Positions 4,865 through 10,376 of a stretch of 10,376 nucleotides of DNA are shown piece after piece (the first letter of the stretch is position 1; each line of letters begins with the position of its first letter). The position numbers and the translations under genes are program-made. The notes under the pieces are model-generated. The model ran no database searches and had not been told where the DNA came from. It saw only the letters and a program-made list of their open reading frames with translations. The stretch is from Candidatus Staskawiczbacteria bacterium (GTDB lineage Bacteria > Patescibacteriota > Minisyncoccia > Minisyncoccales > Staskawiczbacteraceae): NCBI GenBank assembly GCA_903913175.1, contig CAIWKF010000068.1:1-10376 (forward strand). Direction: 5' to 3'.

Positions 4865-7558
4865 TTAATCTTGTTTTTGTTGTTTTTCTGCAAGATCTAT
4901 CATTTTTTTTAAATGCTCTTCTGCTTTCCTCATTTTATTAATTTCTTCATTGTCTATTGGTACTGATATGCGCTCAGTTTCTGGCGCTAGGGAGTATTCG
5001 TTTACAGAAGGATTGTCCAAAGGGGTTTTTAAATTATTAGTTTCTGCTACAGGTTTTTTTGCATCGAAAAAATTTGCACCCTTTAAAGATTCTCGGTATT
5101 CTTCTCTTCTATTTTTTCCCCAAGCCATAGTGTCTTTAATTTTTTGAGTGCTTTCTAATTTATCAATTGACTGTACAGCCTTATCAATTTTATTTCCAAC
5201 ATAATTTTTTGGTATTTCAATAATTGACTCTGCTTTCTCTTTTGATGCCCTTAGCATGGACTTGGCTCTCCCTTTTGTTTTTGCCACAGTTCTTCTGACT
5301 TTTTGGTAATTCATTGGATTTAGCTTTCCTATAAATCCAACTTTATCAGCAAAATCTTCTACATTTTTAGTAGATGGCATGCCAAATTTTTTAGGATCTA
5401 GGCCGCCACTTTCATCTTCTAAAAGACCACCACCAGAAGAGCTTCCATCATCATCAGAATCATCGTCTGCTGAAGTAGAAGAAGCACCTTCATCTTCATC
5501 ATCTATGTCTTCATCTTTTTTCTTTTTTCTTTTTTTCCATTCACAGTTTCTAATAAATGCTGAGTTATAATTTAATTTTTTACCACCTTTTTCATCTTTA
5601 AGTTCATTTAATTTCTCTCTATGCGTTTTAGCATCTCCTACAAGTTCGAATTTACCATCATCTCTTTTTTTAACCCGAGATAATTCCATCATTTTGGCTT
5701 TTACTTTTTCTGGACCATTTGTTATAATTTCTGTCATTTGTTTTGTATCCATTGCGCCTAAGACTTCAGGGGTAAGAGTAAAGGCATTAAGATTTTTTCT
5801 AAGTTCAACAGCACCTTGTTTTTGAACAGTGTCGGTAATTGATTGATTTTCAGCACGCTCACGAATTTGTTTTTTATTAAGACCCTCCTCTGTCCATGCT
5901 TTGCTATTATTATCAACGATTTTATCAACTGCTGGGGCATCAAATTTAGACAAATTAGCATTCTTTCTCTTGTTTTCACTGGTAAGCGTAAATCCATTTT
6001 TCTGTGCCAAAGCAAGAGCTTTTTTGTCAGCCTTATTATTAGTATCAAACTCACCTTCTTCAACTAAAATTCTACCTATAGCAGACATTTCTTTTTGCTG
6101 AGAAGCTGTATACGGTAATCGCTGTGAGCCAAGTTTATCTTTGTAGGCCTTCAGATCTTTCATAGGCATGCTTGATAATCTATCATATTCTTTCTTAGTA
6201 CTTTCTTTTGTTCTTTGAGAATATGTTCCTTTAGGAACAAAACCCATAGCCTCACCAGCTCTGATTGATTGATTTTGCATGTATTTAGTAGCCTTTGATA
6301 CGCCGGTTACATCAGCAACTTTATTTGCTGTTCCTTTTAATGCTCCCATACCAGCTCCGCCCAGCATTGCTTTGCCTTTGTTAAAATAATTGCCAGCTTT
6401 GCTAGTAATCATATTAGCACCCATAGCACCAGTCTTTAAAGAGAATAAAAATCCAGCAATTAAAAAGAAAGAAGGCACAAGGTAGCCAAGCATTTCTAAT
6501 CCAGTACCAGAAGCTGAAGTTGCAGTACTATTTTTAGTTAAAAAATTCTCAGTCATTTTGCCTGACAAATATATAAAAAATGCTGCTGGTGCCCCAATAA
6601 TGCACCACTGAAAAAAATTATTCCACCACATTTTAAAATATTGATTTGTAAACGGGAATACATAAAACACAAAAGCCAATGGGGAGAGTATAACTAAAAT
6701 CCACAGCATAAGATATCTCATTATAAATAAAAAGAAAAATAAAAGAAAAACTATTGTTAACATTATATTATAAAAAACAGCACTAACTGCTTTGGCAATT
6801 ACCATAGATGAGTTGTTTGTATCCCACCCAGCCCAAATTTCAGTTAATTGATCTGTGACATTTTTTACAGCACTTTTTTCAAAAAATCCACCGTCGCCCT
6901 TAATAAAATAATCTGTAACTATGTTTGAACCGTCAATAAAAACTCCGCAAATTACTAAAGAAAAATTTATTAAAATAGCTGCACCAATTAATTTTGGTAA
7001 AAGTTTTTTTGCTTCATAGTCTTGAAATCTTAAAATTGTAGCAAGGGCAATTACCACAAAACCTAATACAACTATCATATTTGCAAGATTTTGCACAATT
7101 GGCCAACCAGTAGCAATTACTTTATTATCAAAACACGTATAACACACCGCAGAAGTTGTTCCAAGTACTGTAGAAAGTAAAGTTGCCGACATGCTTGCCA
7201 ATGCTCCTGTTGCGCTTATAATAGCGCTTATAACAAACAATAATAAACCAGTAGCAAACACCTTAGCTGGGTCACCGGCTATATTCGCAACAGCTTTATA
7301 ATTTGCATCTGCAGCGGCGCAAAGATCATTTCTATATGTTCCTGGCGTGGCTTTGCCCCAAGCCCATTCCCAACAAGCAGGGTGATAGCCAGCCGTTACA
7401 ATTTTTGGTATTATTATTCCGCTTAAAACAAAAAACAAAAGAATAAGAATAAAAAATCTTTTGTTTTTAAAAACGCTAGTAGTAATATGTGAGATGCTTT
7501 TTGAAAAGTTTTTAGATACTTGTTTTATATTGAGAAATATTTTTGATAAAATTTCCAT
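4865..7558 (-). CDS. Large polytopic membrane protein (897 aa). It has an N-terminal signal-anchor, a Cys/Trp-containing extracytoplasmic segment, about 8 TM helices, and then a roughly 520-aa charged low-complexity C-terminal domain with a poly-K block and a D/E/S-rich block. The architecture resembles VirB6/TrbL/TcpH-type proteins
   Basis: A single uninterrupted ORF. Hydrophobic stretches sit at about aa 36-58, 100-135, 160-180, 195-215, 265-305, 318-336 and 362-380. The C-terminal half is hydrophilic (KKRKKKKDEDIDDEDEGASSTSADDDSDDDGSSSGGG). Family assignment is inference from architecture only. Confidence 0.85.
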   Translation of the reverse strand: MEILSKIFLNIKQVSKNFSKSISHITTSVFKNKRFFILILLFFVLSGIIIPKIVTAGYHPACWEWAWGKATPGTYRNDLCAAADANYKAVANIAGDPAKVFATGLLLFVISAIISATGALASMSATLLSTVLGTTSAVCYTCFDNKVIATGWPIVQNLANMIVVLGFVVIALATILRFQDYEAKKLLPKLIGAAILINFSLVICGVFIDGSNIVTDYFIKGDGGFFEKSAVKNVTDQLTEIWAGWDTNNSSMVIAKAVSAVFYNIMLTIVFLLFFFLFIMRYLMLWILVILSPLAFVFYVFPFTNQYFKMWWNNFFQWCIIGAPAAFFIYLSGKMTENFLTKNSTATSASGTGLEMLGYLVPSFFLIAGFLFSLKTGAMGANMITSKAGNYFNKGKAMLGGAGMGALKGTANKVADVTGVSKATKYMQNQSIRAGEAMGFVPKGTYSQRTKESTKKEYDRLSSMPMKDLKAYKDKLGSQRLPYTASQQKEMSAIGRILVEEGEFDTNNKADKKALALAQKNGFTLTSENKRKNANLSKFDAPAVDKIVDNNSKAWTEEGLNKKQIRERAENQSITDTVQKQGAVELRKNLNAFTLTPEVLGAMDTKQMTEIITNGPEKVKAKMMELSRVKKRDDGKFELVGDAKTHREKLNELKDEKGGKKLNYNSAFIRNCEWKKRKKKKDEDIDDEDEGASSTSADDDSDDDGSSSGGGLLEDESGGLDPKKFGMPSTKNVEDFADKVGFIGKLNPMNYQKVRRTVAKTKGRAKSMLRASKEKAESIIEIPKNYVGNKIDKAVQSIDKLESTQKIKDTMAWGKNRREEYRESLKGANFFDAKKPVAETNNLKTPLDNPSVNEYSLAPETERISVPIDNEEINKMRKAEEHLKKMIDLAEKQQKQD

Positions 7559-7598
7559 AAACTTTATTTGCTAAAATTATTAAGGCATAAATTATATA

Positions 7599-7627
7599 AT
7601 TATAACTCCATTTTAAAAAACAAGCAA
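7599..7627 (-). promoter_or_regulatory. sigma70-like promoter on the minus strand (TTGCTT, 17-nt spacer, TATAAT) for the 897-aa gene
   Basis: Read directly as the reverse complement: aagcaa at 7622-7627 and attata at 7599-7604. The leader to ATG 7558 is about 35-40 nt. Confidence 0.45.
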
Positions 7628-7687
7628 ATCAATTTTTGATACCACCTGTGGATAACTATTCTAGGGTTGAGGGTGCAGTGTTGTACC

Positions 7688-8548
7688 TTAGCCCGTAAAA
7701 CTGCTTGACAATGCGATCCAGTTTTGAACTGACAATGTCTCAGCTCGCCTAGTGGGTTCTATGCCACATCCCAAAAGCCATTCTTTAGTCTTTGTTCTGT
7801 CTAACTTTAATTCTTTAGATAAATTATTTGCCAGTTGTTTTCTGGCATGAGAAAACCCAGCTTTAACTACTTTAAAAAATTTTTCTGCATCTTTTGGATT
7901 TTTATTAGGTTTTTGTGGAATGATTTTTATTATTGCTGAATCAACTTTTGGAGAAGGCAAAAAACAATTTTTAGAAACATAAGAAATTATTTTTGCCTCT
8001 GCATAATATTGCACAGAAACAGAAAGCAAACTCATGTTTGCCCCCACACTAGAAGTTTTTTTAAAACTTTGGTGTTGGGGCAAAGGGCAAATTCTTTGAG
8101 CTACTTCTTTTTGGACTAGTAAAACAATTTCTTGTGGTGGATTTTCTGCTTCTAGCAAAATTCTAATTAAATGAGAGGTAAGATAATAGGGAATGTTTGC
8201 TACAACTTTATAAACTTTATAACTTGATAACTTTATAACTTCTAATGCATCACCTTCAATTACTTCTATATTATCAAATTTAGATAAAGTTTCAGATAAA
8301 ATATTTATCATAGTGTGATCTTTTTCTATGGCAATTACGCGCTCTGCATTTTTTGCCAGCTCCTGCGTTAGCACACCAATACCTGGGCCAACTTCTAAAA
8401 CAACATCACTTTTATTTAAATCCCCAGCTTTTATTATTTTGTTTAAAATATTTTTATCAATTAAAAAATTCTGACCCATTGTTTTTGATGGTTTGGCGTC
8501 AAATTTTGCTAAAAGTTCTTTTATAACTGTGGGAGAAGTTAATTCCAT
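7688..8548 (-). CDS. rsmA: 16S rRNA (adenine1518/1519-N6)-dimethyltransferase RsmA/KsgA
   Basis: Motifs GQNFLIDKNIL, VLEVGPGIGVLT and VANIPYYLTS are SAM-MTase/KsgA signatures. The ORF is open to 8668, but ATG 8546-8548 (MELTSPTVIKELL...) gives the canonical length (286 aa). The upstream part overlaps the divergent promoter region. Confidence 0.88.
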   Translation of the reverse strand: MELTSPTVIKELLAKFDAKPSKTMGQNFLIDKNILNKIIKAGDLNKSDVVLEVGPGIGVLTQELAKNAERVIAIEKDHTMINILSETLSKFDNIEVIEGDALEVIKLSSYKVYKVVANIPYYLTSHLIRILLEAENPPQEIVLLVQKEVAQRICPLPQHQSFKKTSSVGANMSLLSVSVQYYAEAKIISYVSKNCFLPSPKVDSAIIKIIPQKPNKNPKDAEKFFKVVKAGFSHARKQLANNLSKELKLDRTKTKEWLLGCGIEPTRRAETLSVQNWIALSSSFTG

Positions 8549-8554
8549 ATAAAT

Positions 8555-8563
8555 ATTATAGCA
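8555..8563 (-). promoter_or_regulatory. Extended -10 (TGcTATAAT) on the minus strand only 6 nt upstream of the rsmA ATG. Suggests a leaderless or near-leaderless rsmA mRNA
   Basis: Read directly: gtgTGcTATAATatttatATG in reverse complement. There is no SD and no good -35. Confidence 0.4.
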
Positions 8564-8584
8564 CACAAAATACGGATAAAAAAC

Positions 8585-8614
8585 TTGACATAAATGCTTG
8601 GAAAATGATATTAT
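8585..8614 (+). promoter_or_regulatory. Promoter TTGACA, 18-nt spacer, TGaTATTAT (extended -10) for the LysM/M23 gene, divergent from rsmA
   Basis: Read directly. The predicted TSS at about 8621 coincides with ATG 8622, so this start would be leaderless. Confidence 0.45.
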
Positions 8615-8615
8615 T

Positions 8616-9740
8616 ATGGCAATGAAGAAAGTTATCTTTTTTCTCTCTAAAAAAATTAAAAGCAGCAAATCTCGGGGGTTATTTAAAAACCCTTTGTTTT
8701 ATTGTGGTATAATTTCTCCAATTTTGTTGGGAGTAATTTGTTTTGGAAGCAACAGTTTTGCAGGTTTTAACAACAGTAGCTTAAGATCTAGCGACATTGT
8801 TTTTTTTAATACTTTCTTTAATAAATATTCTGATAGTGAAAAAAACAATCCTTTTATGACAACAAATAACCAGTTGGCCTTAGAATCACCTGATTTAAAA
8901 ATAGTAGAAGATAATTGTCTTTGTGCAGTTTCTCCGCACAGCATTGTTTCAACAAAAGTTTTAGGAGCTATTTTTGGAGAGACCGTACAAAACACCAAAG
9001 AAATTCAAGAATATGTTGTACAACCTGGTGACACCATTGCTTCAATTGCGCAAAGTTTTGAAATTACACCAGATACAATTTTATGGGTAAATGATTTAAC
9101 TAAGAGTTCAACAATTAAAGTTGGCCAGTCTTTGGTTATTCTGCCAATTACTGGTTTATTACACATTGTAAAACAAGGAGATATTATAGGCGATATTGCT
9201 AAAAAATATAAAGTAAAAGTAGATGATGTAGTAGCTTTTAATAGTTTATCAAATGAGGGAGATATTTTTATTGGAGATATTTTAGTTGTTCCAGGAGGAA
9301 TAATGCCACAAAAAGCTGTACCACTAATTTCTGGACAAACACAACTTGCAGACAATTTTTTTATTTTTCCAACTCAAGGAACAATTACTCAGGGGTCACA
9401 TTTCTTTAATGCAGTAGATGTGGCCAATAAATGTGGAACGCCAATTTATGCAGCAGCTGGCGGGGTTGTGCAAAGGGTGAGATATGGCTGGAATTATGGT
9501 GGTGGAAACAATATTACAATTTTACATTCAAATGGAGTGGTTACATATTATGGCCACATTATGTCATCTTTTGTGATTCCTGGTCAAAGAATTGATGTTG
9601 GAGACAGGGTTGCTTTAATGGGCGGAGGAGTGGGAATGGCAGGAGCAGGTATTTCAACTGGTTGTCATACACATTTTGAAGTTATTGGAGCTAAAAATCC
9701 TTTGTCAAAATATTTGCTTGGCACAAAAATAAAATACTAA
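8616..9740 (+). CDS. Membrane-anchored LysM-LysM-M23 (LytM/lysostaphin-like) peptidoglycan endopeptidase
   Basis: There is an N-terminal TM/signal (LFYCGIISPILLGVICFGSNSFA). Two LysM repeats are present (YVVQPGDTIASIAQSF... and HIVKQGDIIGDIAKKY...). The M23 motifs HxxxD (SHFFNAVDV) and HxH (CHTHFEV) are present. The ORF-track start is TTG 8598; I prefer ATG 8616, or ATG 8622 if the mRNA is leaderless. Confidence 0.85.
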   Translation: MAMKKVIFFLSKKIKSSKSRGLFKNPLFYCGIISPILLGVICFGSNSFAGFNNSSLRSSDIVFFNTFFNKYSDSEKNNPFMTTNNQLALESPDLKIVEDNCLCAVSPHSIVSTKVLGAIFGETVQNTKEIQEYVVQPGDTIASIAQSFEITPDTILWVNDLTKSSTIKVGQSLVILPITGLLHIVKQGDIIGDIAKKYKVKVDDVVAFNSLSNEGDIFIGDILVVPGGIMPQKAVPLISGQTQLADNFFIFPTQGTITQGSHFFNAVDVANKCGTPIYAAAGGVVQRVRYGWNYGGGNNITILHSNGVVTYYGHIMSSFVIPGQRIDVGDRVALMGGGVGMAGAGISTGCHTHFEVIGAKNPLSKYLLGTKIKY

Positions 9741-9750
9741 ATTTATAAAT

Positions 9751-9782
9751 AAAAAAGCAGAAAATTAAATTTCTGCTTTTTG
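9751..9782. terminator. Bidirectional Rho-independent terminator (A-run, AGCAGAAA-loop-TTTCTGCT, T-run) between the convergent M23 and Nudix genes
   Basis: Read directly: aaaaaAGCAGAAAattaaaTTTCTGCTtttt. Confidence 0.7.
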
Positions 9783-9793
9783 CATACAAATAT

Positions 9794-10255
9794 TTATAAA
9801 TTATTTTTTATAATAAAATTGTTGGCTTTTTTAAGCAGCTCTTTAGCATTTTTAAAAGTAGTTTGTTTTATAGCCTCTTCATATATAAGCCACTTATAGT
9901 CTTGGTGTTCTGGTGAAAGTTTTATTTCTTTAGTTTTTGTTTCCGCTAAATAAAAAATTACAATTTTGAAAATCCAGGCAATTTTACCTTTTTCAAGGTC
10001 TTCTTTAGACATTTTTTCTTTATATTGCCTAAAAACATATTTAAAATATTCTCTAAATCCTTTTGCAATTTTTAAATCTAAAAGTCCTGCTTCTTCTTCT
10101 GTTTCTCTAAGTAAAGTTTGTTCTTCTGTTTCGTTTGGCTCAATGTGACCTTTGACAAAATCCCAATGCTTTTCTTTGTATTTTAAAAGCAGATAATAAA
10201 TTTTATCATTTTCTTTTCTATAAATTACTGCTCCCACAGATTTTTCTTGGGCCAT
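9794..10255 (-). CDS. Nudix hydrolase (MutT/Ap4A-hydrolase-like)
   Basis: The Nudix box GHIEPNETEEQTLLRETEEEAGL (Gx5Ex7REUxEExGU) is present in a 153-aa protein. Confidence 0.88.
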   Translation of the reverse strand: MAQEKSVGAVIYRKENDKIYYLLLKYKEKHWDFVKGHIEPNETEEQTLLRETEEEAGLLDLKIAKGFREYFKYVFRQYKEKMSKEDLEKGKIAWIFKIVIFYLAETKTKEIKLSPEHQDYKWLIYEEAIKQTTFKNAKELLKKANNFIIKNNL

Positions 10256-10376
10256 TTATATATTTTTTAATTATAATTTTTATGGTTCAACAACTGGTTT
10301 TTCTTCTATAAATAAGACGCGCTTTCTATTATTTAGGAAAATATCGTTTCTAACTATTAATAGTAAAAAAGCAGAA

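Noticed and set aside
4443-4868. 141-aa and 67-aa + strand ORFs overlapping the 197-aa minus-strand gene
   Set aside because: They are antisense to the longer ORF and Ser/Phe/Ile-rich low-complexity. The minus-strand ORF is preferred because it sits in operon context with the 897-aa gene.
4950-6101. Five short ORFs (4950-5147, 5379-5570, 5758-6063, 5843-6067, 5901-6101) within the 897-aa gene
   Set aside because: They are internal or antisense to a single uninterrupted 2.7-kb ORF with coherent membrane-protein architecture.
8549-8668. 40-aa N-terminal extension of the rsmA ORF (MLLLIFLERKK...)
   Set aside because: It would run through the divergent promoter region. The KsgA consensus begins at MELTSPTVIKELL (ATG 8546-8548).
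8699-9355. 99-aa and 116-aa minus-strand ORFs inside the LysM/M23 gene
   Set aside because: They are antisense to a gene with unambiguous LysM and M23 motifs.
9966-10148. 60-aa + strand ORF inside the Nudix gene
   Set aside because: It is antisense to a gene with a complete Nudix box.
1-10376. CRISPR arrays, integrase, transposase or IS inverted repeats
   Set aside because: There are no regularly spaced direct repeats of 25-40 bp and no recombinase or transposase-like ORFs in any frame.

Overview
AT-rich window (about 28-30% GC), probably from a small-genome bacterium. Nearly all native-looking genes lack a Shine-Dalgarno motif and have very short leaders, a pattern that fits a CPR/Patescibacteria-like genome (inference only). 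Most of the window is a housekeeping backbone: rpsT (+); rplT, rpmI and infC (-); a smpB plus small GIY-YIG nuclease gene pair (-); rsmA/ksgA (-); a LysM/M23 peptidase (+); and a Nudix hydrolase (-). Between smpB and rsmA sits a three-gene block of uncharacterised membrane-associated genes. The first is an SPFH/band-7 gene on the + strand that is compositionally foreign. The other two converge on it from the - strand: a 197-aa acidic soluble protein and an 897-aa polytopic membrane protein with a roughly 520-aa charged low-complexity tail. I consider this block the most likely accessory or novel system in the window, though its function cannot be named from sequence alone. Several near-consensus sigma70-type promoters, many with an extended -10, and three clean Rho-independent terminators are visible. 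Two unusual GC-rich structured elements flank the smpB/GIY-YIG pair, and a 390-bp non-coding stretch upstream of infC may be a regulatory leader. No tRNA, rRNA, tmRNA, CRISPR array, integrase or transposase was recognised.
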